DNA of 56,496 nucleotides from Alphaproteobacteria bacterium. GTDB taxonomy: Bacteria; Pseudomonadota; Alphaproteobacteria; JAEUKQ01. Position 1 is the stretch's first letter. Every line of letters begins with the position of its first letter. The stretch is taken from positions 1 to 56,496 of the forward strand of contig JBGAWJ010000002.1 in the NCBI GenBank assembly GCA_044227605.1, in the 5' to 3' direction. The translations under genes were made by a program, and so were the position numbers. Under the pieces are notes generated by a model. It worked only from the letters and a program-made list of their open reading frames with translations. It was not told where the DNA came from and did not search any database. Of this stretch, positions 25,894-35,452 are shown one piece after another.

Positions 25894-26313
25894 ATGGCGG
25901 GGAAAACAATAAAACTTGAGATCATTACCCCAGAGAGAGTTATCTTTAGCCAAGAGGTAACAAATGTGGTAGTACCGGGAGAATTAGGCGATTTTTCGGC
26001 ATTGCCTGGCCATGCCCCGTTCATTTCTTTATTGCGTGCCGGGGTTGTGGTGGTTTTCAATGAAACAACAGTTTTTGAGAAAATATTTGTAAGCGGTGGA
26101 TTTGCCGAAATTACCCCAAGCCATTGTGCGATTCTTGCGACCCAAGCGGTCAATGTGGAACAAATTAACCGCGCCCAATTAGAAAAACAAATCAGCCACC
26201 TGCAAGAAGATCAAAAGCTTGAAACCAAGCCAGAGCAGCAAGTTTTTTATGAAAAACAACTGATTGTTATGCAAGCCCAAATCGACGCTTTAGAGCCGAA
26301 TGTGTATGGGTAA
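25894..26313 (+). CDS. atpC: F1 ATP synthase subunit epsilon
   Basis: 139 aa. N-terminal beta-sandwich pattern (LEIITPERVIF...VVVPGELGDFSALPGHAP), last gene of the F1 operon. Confidence 0.93.
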   Translation: MAGKTIKLEIITPERVIFSQEVTNVVVPGELGDFSALPGHAPFISLLRAGVVVVFNETTVFEKIFVSGGFAEITPSHCAILATQAVNVEQINRAQLEKQISHLQEDQKLETKPEQQVFYEKQLIVMQAQIDALEPNVYG

Positions 26314-26395
26314 AAAGTTTTCTTTACAAAGCTTCGGGGTTCTGCAGGGCGGAACAATCGCCTAATTGATACTCTTCATCTTCACGTTAAGAGGC

Positions 26396-26872
26396 ATGGA
26401 ACAGCAAAACATAAACTATTGGGAATTGCTAAAATCCCATTTTGAATGCGACGGATCCCGGCGCGATGTTTATGTTTTCGAGGCGGATGCGGCCTTATGG
26501 GATCTTTTCATTGCACAGATTTTGTCGCATTTTCATCCCCAGTTTTGGCATGGTCCAGAAAAAGGGGAAATACTTTTAAATTTTAAATCCGTACTTCATT
26601 TTCGAGACAGAGGCCTAGCCACTACGATGAGATTTTTTCTTGTAGGTAATATCGAGGTCAACTGCCACTTCTTTGAGGATGATAAGATAGAAATGGATAT
26701 AGCGCCGGAAGAAATTCATAATGAAACAGCTTTCAATACGTTGTTATCCTTTCTGTCCTGGCTATCCGATGCTTTACATCGCACCACTCACCTCACTTAC
26801 GAAAATTCACCAGAATGGATCATTTTAAGCATGGGAAGGAACGAGATAAAAAAGCCTAAATATAATCCATAG
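26396..26872 (+). CDS. Hypothetical cytoplasmic protein (orphan)
   Basis: 158-codon ORF from ATG 26396 (the track ORF opens at 26366). No TM segment or signal peptide, and no motif I recognise. Confidence 0.5.
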   Translation: MEQQNINYWELLKSHFECDGSRRDVYVFEADAALWDLFIAQILSHFHPQFWHGPEKGEILLNFKSVLHFRDRGLATTMRFFLVGNIEVNCHFFEDDKIEMDIAPEEIHNETAFNTLLSFLSWLSDALHRTTHLTYENSPEWIILSMGRNEIKKPKYNP

Positions 26873-27022
26873 GAAAGCTTTCTAACTCTTGCCGATTTTT
26901 ATTACTTTACTAAACTTTTGCTTTCTTCTATTGGTGGGGAAATATTTTTTTGTATCCCCAAATAACCTTTATGCTATACTTCAAGGGTTATGTGTTAGAA
27001 GAAGCCAACAGGTGCTGAAAAA

Positions 27023-27856
27023 ATGAAAAACTGGACTCTTGATGATATTTCTTGGCGGAATTTTAACCCTCACCTCGTCAAACCCGAATTAGTGCCGATT
27101 GTCAAAGCAGCCAGCATGGTTGAGTCGAATGCGGCAGACTATGCGACTTACCTCAAAAATGTTTTTTATGATGATTTGGAATTTCAAGATGCCGCCAGGG
27201 ATTGGGCGGTTGAAGAGGTTCAGCATGGCCAAGCTTTAGGGCGTTGGGCAGAAATGGTTGACCCAACTTTTAACTATCAATCCTGTTTTCAGCGCTTTGC
27301 TGAAGGCTATAAAATTGCCGTCAATTCGTCGGCTTCCATTCGCGGCAGCCGCAGTGGGGAATTAATTGCCCGCTGTATTGTTGAAACCGGTACCACTTCT
27401 TACTATACCGCCTTGAGGGATGCTAGCCAAGAGCCCTTGTTGAAAGAAATATGCCGCCTGATTGCGGCGGATGAATTCCGCCATTATAAATTGTTCTATA
27501 TCCATTTAAAACGCTATCTGAAGAAAGAGAATGTTGGCAAGCTGCGACGGTTAATCATCGCTTTGGGCCGAATGTGGGAATCTGAAGGTGATGACGAATT
27601 GCCCTATGCCTATTACGCTGCTAATAGCGCGATGGACAACAGTTACAGCCATTCCCGATATTCGGCGGAATATGGCGCCAGGGTCTATCCTTTATATCAG
27701 CAATATCATTTGCGTAAAGCTAGCAGCATGGTGATGAAGGCGGTTGGGTTAGAGCCACAAGGCCAAATAAGTCAATTAATGACGAAGGGATTGACGAAGT
27801 TGGTTGCTTACCGCGGCCAAAAATTGCGTAAGCAAGTCATACAACCGCAGCGGTAA
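27023..27856 (+). CDS. Ferritin-like di-iron carboxylate protein (desaturase/oxygenase-like)
   Basis: 277 aa with a four-helix di-iron ligand pattern: VESNAADY, EEVQH, VETGTTSYY, ADEFRH (E, ExxH, E, ExxH). Confidence 0.65.
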   Translation: MKNWTLDDISWRNFNPHLVKPELVPIVKAASMVESNAADYATYLKNVFYDDLEFQDAARDWAVEEVQHGQALGRWAEMVDPTFNYQSCFQRFAEGYKIAVNSSASIRGSRSGELIARCIVETGTTSYYTALRDASQEPLLKEICRLIAADEFRHYKLFYIHLKRYLKKENVGKLRRLIIALGRMWESEGDDELPYAYYAANSAMDNSYSHSRYSAEYGARVYPLYQQYHLRKASSMVMKAVGLEPQGQISQLMTKGLTKLVAYRGQKLRKQVIQPQR

Positions 27857-28574
27857 GTTATACGAATCCTCAATATTTCCCTATCATACCCTACTCCTGT
27901 CAGGAACACCGCTACTATTCATCCCCCATTTAAATATTGCCCAAAAGCGTTTTTTTAAGTTGATCACGCAAGCTGGCTAAAATCTATGATTTTATGGCAG
28001 AATCACCACATAAAATATGATGGCTATTTTTCGTGTATAAGAGGTTTTCTCAGAATGAGCAAAATTTATACATATTATCTGCTCACAATTTTATTGTTGG
28101 TAGGGGGGATGATGTAATCGCATGGCGGGTTGGCGCAAGAAAACAATATGAATGAAAGTCCTGCGGTTAAATTTTTCGAACCTCCCGTACAAATGGACTA
28201 TTCCTATCGAGGATTATCGCCTAACAGCGATATAAAGGGGCTTTTGAAAGATTTGCCAAACCTTTCCCCATCTGTATTTTCCTTAAAATTTTGTCTCTCA
28301 GGGGGATATCCCTGAAGAGTATCAGCGACCGGCATTGCGGGCCATGCGCTTTAATCAGGGTTCACAAAAAATCATTTGGGATAAGTTGGCCATTTCGAAG
28401 GTTGATCTGGTGAGCGAGGGATTTTCAGCCGATCCCCATTCAGATCCTGTTGTCATTTTGACCTAAAATCAACCAAGTCTGGATCAGCCCCATCCTTACA
28501 CCAGAAGCTCGGAAAACATCAGACCAGGGAAAAGGTATTCCTATCAAACCCCGTATCTACCCATTACCTTGGGA

Positions 28575-29099
28575 TTAAAAGGGAGAAACGGGATCGCTCG
28601 CCAACCATCCTTGTTTCAGCGGTTCAAATTCCTTGACAATTTGTTCGTATAAATCTTTCTTAAAAGGAACGATCAGCTTGGGCACTTCTTGGAATTCCAC
28701 CCATTGCCAGTTCCGAAACTCAGGATGCGGTGTCTGAATATTGATATCTTGATCTGTTCCCAAAAAACGGAAAGCAAACCATTTTTGCCGCTGACCAAGG
28801 TATTTTCCACTCCAAAGTATTTTCTTCAAACCTGGCGGCAACTTATAAGTGAACCACCCGCGGCTTTCCCCTAATAATTCGGCGTTGCGCGTACCGATCT
28901 CTTCTTCCATTTCGCGCCATACCGCCTCTAAGGGGGTTTCATCGGCATCAATGCCCCCTTGGGGCATTTGCCAGGCGTCTGATTGCATGTCCAGACGTTG
29001 GCCAACCAAAACCTTTCCCACTGGATTGAATAACACAATACCCACTCCAAGGCGATAAACATTCCGGCGCGGCTGACGGCGAATGGTGAAGTGAGACAT
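28575..29099 (-). CDS. rppH: RNA pyrophosphohydrolase (Nudix)
   Basis: Nudix box GGIDADETPLEAVWREMEEEIG, QKWFAFRF and W.WV motifs, 174 aa. It sits beside ctpA, as in alphaproteobacteria. Confidence 0.9.
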   Translation of the reverse strand: MSHFTIRRQPRRNVYRLGVGIVLFNPVGKVLVGQRLDMQSDAWQMPQGGIDADETPLEAVWREMEEEIGTRNAELLGESRGWFTYKLPPGLKKILWSGKYLGQRQKWFAFRFLGTDQDINIQTPHPEFRNWQWVEFQEVPKLIVPFKKDLYEQIVKEFEPLKQGWLASDPVSPF

Positions 29100-29120
29100 G
29101 GTTTTATGAAATATTATGCA

Positions 29121-29160
29121 ACAAAATAAAACCGAAGGGGGAATGCACAGCCCCCCCCCT
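29121..29160 (-). terminator. Candidate rho-independent terminator downstream of ctpA
   Basis: On the minus strand, a G run (29159-29151) pairs with CCCCC (29141-29137) and is followed by TTCGGTTTTATTTTG. Confidence 0.45.
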
Positions 29161-29172
29161 GCAGCAATAAAA

Positions 29173-30471
29173 CTATTTCGGCTTTTTATTTATTAAGGAT
29201 AATCCCTGCAATAAGTCAGTTGCGCGCTGCAATTGATAATCAACTGCCGGGGTAGTGGTTGGAGGGGCCGTTTGCCCTTGCTGCGCCGGGTTGGTCGGAT
29301 TTTCCGTCTGCTCCGGTTTTTGGTTGGGGTTATTCAGGCTGTTTTTAAGGCTTGATTCACTATAAGCCTGGCCTTGTGCAATCGTTTCAATCTTAGCTTG
29401 TTCGACTATAATATCCGGTACAATGCCGATTTTTTGAATGGAGCGACCGGAGGGGGTATAATAAAACTGGGTGGTAAATTTAACCGCCCCGTAGCCGGGA
29501 AGGGGGATAATGCTTTGGACCGATCCTTTGCCAAAGCTTTTAATACCCATGATAATGGCCCGTTGATGGTCTTGCAAGGCACCCGAAACAATTTCGGAAG
29601 CGGAGGCGGAACCTTGGTTGATTAAGATAATCAAGGGTAACCCATCGGTTAAATCACCCGCAGTGGCGTTGAATCGTTTCATATCACGATCATCCCGCCC
29701 TTTAACCGAAACAATCTCGCCTTTTTCTAAGAAAGCATCGCTGACCGAGATGGCTTGCGTCAGGAGGCCGCCCGGATTATTGCGTAAATCCAGAACAAAA
29801 CCGATCAATTGATTTTTACTTTGTTCTTTTAATTTTTTAATTTCTTCAACTAAAGTTGGGTAAGTATTATCTGTAAATTCGCTAACCCGCAAATAGCCGA
29901 TATTACCGTTTTCCAACCTAGAACGAACGCTTTTTTGGATAATTTTTTCCCGAATCAATGATAAATCGAACGGTTCTTGTTGAGGTCTTTTTATGGTAAT
30001 GGTCACTTTTGTGCCAATTGGGCCGCGCAGTTTAGCCACAGCTTGCTCGAGCGTCAGGCCAAAAACTTGCTCTCCGTCAATCGCAATGACCAAATCACCA
30101 GATTGGATGCCAGCCCGGAAAGCAGGGGTATCATCGATGGGGGAAACAACTTTCACAACCCCTTCCTCTAAAACGACCTGCATGCCGAGACCCGCAAAAC
30201 CGCGAATCTCATCATTCATGGCTTTAAATTCTTTTTCCGTCAAATAGCTGGAATGGGGATCAAGCGATGATACCATGCCGCGAAGGGCAGCTTCAATCAA
30301 TTCCTGGTCTTTCACAGACTCAACATATTGGGAACGGATTTTCTCAAACACGTTACTGAACAATTCCAATTGCCGATAGGTGTCGGTCGGTTTTGTCTGA
30401 CCCCATAGGGTTAAAGAAAAACTAGCGGATAATAATGCAGAAAATCCCAGCAAACGAATTGATTTTAACAT
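29173..30471 (-). CDS. ctpA: Carboxy-terminal processing protease (S41 family)
   Basis: Signal peptide, PDZ region (GLGMQV...GDLVIAIDG), catalytic GSASASE...FGKGSVQ, 432 aa. Confidence 0.92.
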   Translation of the reverse strand: MLKSIRLLGFSALLSASFSLTLWGQTKPTDTYRQLELFSNVFEKIRSQYVESVKDQELIEAALRGMVSSLDPHSSYLTEKEFKAMNDEIRGFAGLGMQVVLEEGVVKVVSPIDDTPAFRAGIQSGDLVIAIDGEQVFGLTLEQAVAKLRGPIGTKVTITIKRPQQEPFDLSLIREKIIQKSVRSRLENGNIGYLRVSEFTDNTYPTLVEEIKKLKEQSKNQLIGFVLDLRNNPGGLLTQAISVSDAFLEKGEIVSVKGRDDRDMKRFNATAGDLTDGLPLIILINQGSASASEIVSGALQDHQRAIIMGIKSFGKGSVQSIIPLPGYGAVKFTTQFYYTPSGRSIQKIGIVPDIIVEQAKIETIAQGQAYSESSLKNSLNNPNQKPEQTENPTNPAQQGQTAPPTTTPAVDYQLQRATDLLQGLSLINKKPK

Positions 30472-30722
30472 CTTCTTCCCTCTCTAATGCAAGCAAGATT
30501 TTTATCTCTTGCCGTTCAGCCTATGACATAATGCGTAAGGCATATTGCCAATTAAATAAATGAAGCGCCTTTTAATATAATGGAATGTGACGGAAAAGCC
30601 AAGATATGAAAATAAGGCGGATTCATTATTATTAAAATTCTAACCTGTCGATATTTTCTCATGACGCTTCAACTTGTTTAGGAGAAGTTTTATCTTTTGT
30701 TCTCCCAACGATGCAAAATAAA

Positions 30723-32003
30723 TTAGTGGGATTGGCCCCGTATATGAATTGCTTCCAACATGTTCAGTGCCTGCTGCAATTGGTTGTCCTTCAGTCTCTT
30801 ACTAGAAACAACGACAGCTGATGGGGTGGGCACGGTTTCTGCATGGCGGGGGGTCAAGGCATTGGGATATTTTTCCTCTGTATATTCACGAGAGATGATG
30901 TCAGGGGTGAATATGCCTTGTTCAACAACAATGTCTGGTTGAATGCCGCGTATTTGCCAGGACTTGCCGGATGGGCCATAAGCAAAGCTAGTTGTTACTT
31001 GTAAAACCCCGCCCCCTTCCATTTCAAAGCGGTTCCAAGCCGTTGCTTTCCCATATGTCCGCACCCCCAAGATAATGGCGCGGCCCTGATCTTGCAAAGC
31101 GGCGGCTAAGATTTCTGAGGCTGAAGCACTTTGTTCATTAACCAATAGGATTAACGGCAAGCCATCAATCATATCCCCGGGGGTTGCTTGATACCGGTCG
31201 GTGCGTTGTTGGTATTCTGAAACAGTCGATCCGATCTCTCCCTTATCCAAGAAAGCGTCTGCAACCAATACCGCTTGTTTGACCCATCCGCCCAAATTGC
31301 CACGCAAATCCAAAACCATGCCAATCAAATTCTTGCCTGTCTGCGCTTTTAATATATTCAATTGCTCGACGAATTCCTTATAAGGATCACCTTCAAAAGT
31401 GGTAATTTGGATATAAGCAATATGGCTGCGCTCAATCCTTGAACGGACGATTTTTGATTGGATCAATGCGCGCGTTAGTTCCACGTCAAAAATGGGTTGT
31501 TGTCCTCGCTGGATTGAAACGATTACTTTACTATCAATGGGTCCGCGTAACTTGATAATAGCCTGATCGAATGGGATATTTGAAAGTTCCTGCCCATCAA
31601 TTTTGACAATCAAATCATCCGCTTGAATTGCCGCCTGGTCCGCAGGGGAACCTTCGACCGTTTCCGTAACTTTAATAGCTCCGTCGGCCATCTCAGCAAT
31701 AATGCCAATTCCCCCGTAACTGGTTTCGGGTTCCTCTTCTGCCGCGATGTCTTCTGAAGTTAAATATTGGGAATGGGGATCAAGGCTGGCCGCCATTGCT
31801 TTAAGTGCCCCCTCAATCAGTTCTTTGTCATTAACCGGCTCTGGATACCCCATGCGGATCATATCAAAAACTTGATTAAACAGGCTCAGCTGCCCATAAG
31901 TTTCCGATAATTTAGTTGGCTCGGTTTGCGCCTGCAAGAATCGGGCAGGGATAATGACCAAGGCTAACAACCCCCAACTTAAAAAAAAACTCTTTCTTAG
32001 CAT
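30723..32003 (-). CDS. S41 family carboxy-terminal protease, second tandem paralogue
   Basis: 426 aa with the same architecture as ctpA (signal peptide, PDZ, QSASASEILAAALQD...TYGKATAW). The start lies 5 nt after the EnvC-like gene stop. Confidence 0.88.
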   Translation of the reverse strand: MLRKSFFLSWGLLALVIIPARFLQAQTEPTKLSETYGQLSLFNQVFDMIRMGYPEPVNDKELIEGALKAMAASLDPHSQYLTSEDIAAEEEPETSYGGIGIIAEMADGAIKVTETVEGSPADQAAIQADDLIVKIDGQELSNIPFDQAIIKLRGPIDSKVIVSIQRGQQPIFDVELTRALIQSKIVRSRIERSHIAYIQITTFEGDPYKEFVEQLNILKAQTGKNLIGMVLDLRGNLGGWVKQAVLVADAFLDKGEIGSTVSEYQQRTDRYQATPGDMIDGLPLILLVNEQSASASEILAAALQDQGRAIILGVRTYGKATAWNRFEMEGGGVLQVTTSFAYGPSGKSWQIRGIQPDIVVEQGIFTPDIISREYTEEKYPNALTPRHAETVPTPSAVVVSSKRLKDNQLQQALNMLEAIHIRGQSH

Positions 32004-32008
32004 ATGAT

Positions 32009-33181
32009 TTATTCCCTTCGTAAAAAATTTAACCAGGGCAACGGATCAATAGGTTGGCCCTGTTGGCGCAATTCAAAATAAAGCCGGGGTTTTTTGCCCG
32101 GTGTATTAGCCATGACCCCCATTGGCTCACCTGCTAAAAACCATTGACCGATTTCCGCATCAATTTTACCTAAGCCCCCGATTACCGTGTGGTATCCCCG
32201 TCCATGCTCAATAATCAATATTTCACCGTAACTGCGGAATTGGCCGCGGAATTTTACTTGACCGTCAAAAGGTGCCAAAACAGGGGCGCTATTATTGGTT
32301 TCAATAAAAAGCCCCCGCAATATTTCAGTGGTATCATAAGTTTTATTAAAAAATCCCACAATTTTGCCTTGGACAGGGGGGGTTAGAGTGTTGGAGCGCG
32401 TCGGAAAATTTTGAAAGTTTTTTGGTTTTTCCAATCGAAGGGTGATAACGGAAACAGAAGAATTAGGCTGAGGGCTAGGGGAGGGCTGTAAAGTTTCAAT
32501 ATCAATGGCCACCGTAAGGTCGGGGGCAAGAGGTAATTCACTGAATTTAGCCAAAAGCTCGCGTAAATCTTTAGCGTCTTGGGTCAATTTATTGACGCGG
32601 TCGATAAAATTTTGCCGATCAGAAGAGGGCAGATTATTCCATTGTTGGCGCTGAGCTAAAAGCGCCGATAATTTTTGTTCAACCAGGGCGAAATTTTGTG
32701 CGGATTGGTTAATTTGTAACTGTTGGTTAGTGATTTGGAGGCGGATTTGTTGCAAATTGCCTAATTCTTTTTGCAAAGCCACACTGCGTTGGTGTAACTG
32801 TTGGATAGTGGTTTCAACCAAAATCGCCGTCCGCACAATATCGATAATAGAATTTTGGCTGAAAGCCAAAGCTTCAGGAGGTGAGGAGGAAATACGGACA
32901 AGGATTAAAATCAATCCGCCAATTTCTTGTTGTTGATTAGCCAGGGTTTGGATTTTCACCTTTTCGGTTTCTTCCAATTCCTCCCGTTTGTGCTCTAGGG
33001 CAGCAAGTGTTTGCTGCTGCTGTTGTGCTTGTTTGGAAACAACAATTAACTCCTGGCGGATTTTTTCAATTTCCGCTAAGGCCAGATTGGGATTGGCCTG
33101 GCCATTTGCCAACGGAACCAGGAAAGGAATGGATAAAAGCCCAATGCTTAGGCTGGGCAAAATCCTTGCCGTCCAAAACAT
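32009..33181 (-). CDS. envC: Murein hydrolase activator EnvC-like / M23 (LytM) domain protein
   Basis: Signal peptide from the ATG at 33181, long Q-rich coiled coil, and a C-terminal LytM domain (APFDGQVKFRG...YGEILIIEHGRGYHTVIGGL...GEPMGVM...LYFELR). The ORF is open up to 33259. Confidence 0.85.
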   Translation of the reverse strand: MFWTARILPSLSIGLLSIPFLVPLANGQANPNLALAEIEKIRQELIVVSKQAQQQQQTLAALEHKREELEETEKVKIQTLANQQQEIGGLILILVRISSSPPEALAFSQNSIIDIVRTAILVETTIQQLHQRSVALQKELGNLQQIRLQITNQQLQINQSAQNFALVEQKLSALLAQRQQWNNLPSSDRQNFIDRVNKLTQDAKDLRELLAKFSELPLAPDLTVAIDIETLQPSPSPQPNSSVSVITLRLEKPKNFQNFPTRSNTLTPPVQGKIVGFFNKTYDTTEILRGLFIETNNSAPVLAPFDGQVKFRGQFRSYGEILIIEHGRGYHTVIGGLGKIDAEIGQWFLAGEPMGVMANTPGKKPRLYFELRQQGQPIDPLPWLNFLRRE

Positions 33182-33327
33182 ACATAAACGTCGAATATGT
33201 TGGCCAATAACCCACATATTGCGGTAAATATCCCTATATTTTTCCACCTTGCTTGTCATGGATAACCCTCAGGGTGATAACGCCTCATGAATTTACATAT
33301 CCTTGATAAGGGACCGTGATATTTGGC

Positions 33328-34872
33328 TTATATGTCAATAAGGGATTGCCCGTTCATTTCCACGGGTTGGGGCAAACCCAAAATTTGCAATAAAGTAGGG
33401 GCAATGTCCGCCAATTTTCCATGATGTAATTGAAGTTTTGGTTGTGAATGGATTAAAACGACCGGAACCGGATTTAACGTATGGGCCGTATGGGGTTGGC
33501 CGGTCTCGGTATCACTCATCATTTCCGCGTTACCATGATCGGCGGTGATTAGCATGGCGCCATTTAATTTTTCAATGGCGCTTTTGATCCGCCCCAAACA
33601 GCGGTCAACGGCCTCCACTGCTAAAATGGTGGCCGCTAAATTGCCGGAATGGCCCACCATATCGGTATTGGCATAATTGACGACCAAAAAATCAAATTTT
33701 TTACTTTCAATGGCTCCCACCAACCTGTCTGTCACTTCATAGGCCGACATCTCCGGTTGCAAATCATAGGTGGCCACTTTGGGAGAGGGGATTAAAATCC
33801 TTTCTTCACCCTTGAATAACTTTTCCTCGCCACCGTTAAAAAAGAAAGTGACATGCGGGTATTTTTCCGTTTCGGCAATGCGTAACTGTTTTAAGCCAGC
33901 CTTGGAAACGACTTCTCCCAATGTGTTTACCAAAGGTTCACTAGGGAAAAGACAGGACATCATTTGGGATAATTCAGCTGAATATTCGGTCATGCCTAAG
34001 GCGGCCGTAAAAGGGATTTGGCGTGAGCGCGGGAAAGCCCTGAAATTCTTGTCTAGGAGTGCCGATAAAATTTGCCGGACGCGGTCGGATCGAAAATTGC
34101 CCATCAACACGCCATCGCCGTCTTTCATGCCCTGATAGCCTGCAAGCACGGTCGGTTTAACAAATTCGTCGGTTTCACCCCGCTTGTACGCCTCTTCAAT
34201 GGCTGTCAGCCAATGGTCAGCCTGTTGCCCTTGGGCATTGACCATGCATTCATAGGCCAGATTAATGCGTTCCCACCTTTTATCGCGGTCCATGGCATAG
34301 TACCGCCCGCCAATGGTGGCGATCCGAAAAGAATGCAATGATTGAGTGACGGCGATCAATTGCCGCATGAATTCCTGGGCGCTTTGGGGTGGGGTGTCGC
34401 GCCCGTCGAGAAAGGCATGAAAAGCAATGGGAATGCCCGCTTGGCTAATGATTTGCGCCAAAGCCGCCAATTGATCTTGGTGGGAATGGATGCCGCCTGG
34501 TGAGACCAAGCCCATCAAATGGCAGGTGCCGCCGTTTTGGCGCAGGTTTTCAATGAATTGTTGCAAAACAGGGTTGCTGGGCAAGCTGCCATCGCGTACT
34601 GCTTGATTTATTTTTGGCAAATCCTGCATGATGACCCGCCCCGCCCCCATATTCATATGGCCAACTTCTGAATTTCCCATCTGCCCTTCCGGCAAGCCTA
34701 CATATAATTCCGAGGCTTCGACCAAGGCATGCGGGTATTTTTCAAGGATTTTCCGCCAATTGGGGGCGTTTGCTTGTAAAACGGCGTTATCTGCCCGCTC
34801 CTCCCGGTATCCCCAGCCATCCAAAATGCATAAAACCACGGGACGACGCTGTAGGGATTGGGTTTTTGTCAT
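33328..34872 (-). CDS. gpmI: 2,3-bisphosphoglycerate-independent phosphoglycerate mutase
   Basis: PVVLCILDGWG, NSEVGHMNMGAGR and ITADHGNAE motifs. ATG 34872 is preferred over 34905. Confidence 0.95.
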   Translation of the reverse strand: MTKTQSLQRRPVVLCILDGWGYREERADNAVLQANAPNWRKILEKYPHALVEASELYVGLPEGQMGNSEVGHMNMGAGRVIMQDLPKINQAVRDGSLPSNPVLQQFIENLRQNGGTCHLMGLVSPGGIHSHQDQLAALAQIISQAGIPIAFHAFLDGRDTPPQSAQEFMRQLIAVTQSLHSFRIATIGGRYYAMDRDKRWERINLAYECMVNAQGQQADHWLTAIEEAYKRGETDEFVKPTVLAGYQGMKDGDGVLMGNFRSDRVRQILSALLDKNFRAFPRSRQIPFTAALGMTEYSAELSQMMSCLFPSEPLVNTLGEVVSKAGLKQLRIAETEKYPHVTFFFNGGEEKLFKGEERILIPSPKVATYDLQPEMSAYEVTDRLVGAIESKKFDFLVVNYANTDMVGHSGNLAATILAVEAVDRCLGRIKSAIEKLNGAMLITADHGNAEMMSDTETGQPHTAHTLNPVPVVLIHSQPKLQLHHGKLADIAPTLLQILGLPQPVEMNGQSLIDI

Positions 34873-34978
34873 ATTTTTGACCGTATTAAAAGTTATTTTG
34901 GGCATGCTGGTTCTTTCAAAAAAATGTCCCCAATTATATACAACAAAATTGCTGAAATGAAAACAGGAACAAAATTAT

Positions 34979-35452
34979 CTAGCTTTGGCGGTGATAGGGA
35001 TGACCGGCCAAAATTTGCTGCGTCCGGTACAGCTGTTCTGAAAGTAGCCCCAACACCAATAAATGTGGCCATGTTACTTTGCCGAAAGATAAAGTTAAAT
35101 GGGCGTTTTTCACGATATCTTGACGCAGGCCGTGATCACCACCAATTAAAAAAGTGGGGATCAAGGATTGGTTGAAGCATTGCTGGAATTGCCCAGCCAG
35201 TTGCAGGCTAGATAGCTGTTGGCCTTTTTCATCCAAGGCAATCCGGTAAGCAAGCGGGGTTTTGGCAAGTAAAGGCAACAATTTTTCCGCCTGGTTGTCC
35301 CGCACCTGATCAGGCGTTAGGAAAGAAGCAGCCTTGTCATCCATCTGATGTAATACTATCTGCCATTTCATGCGGGCATGGAAATGGTCATATAAGGCCT
35401 GTTCCGGGCCTTTTTTCCATTTTCCAATGCTGAAGATATGGATCTGGGTCAT
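34979..35452 (-). CDS. rlmH: 23S rRNA (pseudouridine1915-N3)-methyltransferase
   Basis: 157 aa SPOUT fold. FLIGGDHG...LSFGKVTWPH.L.R..L.EQLYR motif. Confidence 0.9.
   Translation of the reverse strand: MTQIHIFSIGKWKKGPEQALYDHFHARMKWQIVLHQMDDKAASFLTPDQVRDNQAEKLLPLLAKTPLAYRIALDEKGQQLSSLQLAGQFQQCFNQSLIPTFLIGGDHGLRQDIVKNAHLTLSFGKVTWPHLLVLGLLSEQLYRTQQILAGHPYHRQS

Noticed and set aside
28130-28315. 61-aa ORF as a bona fide CDS
   Set aside because: It has a TTG start without an RBS. It is in frame with an upstream signal-like mini-ORF across a stop codon and continues in another frame, so it was treated as part of a decayed gene rather than a functional CDS.
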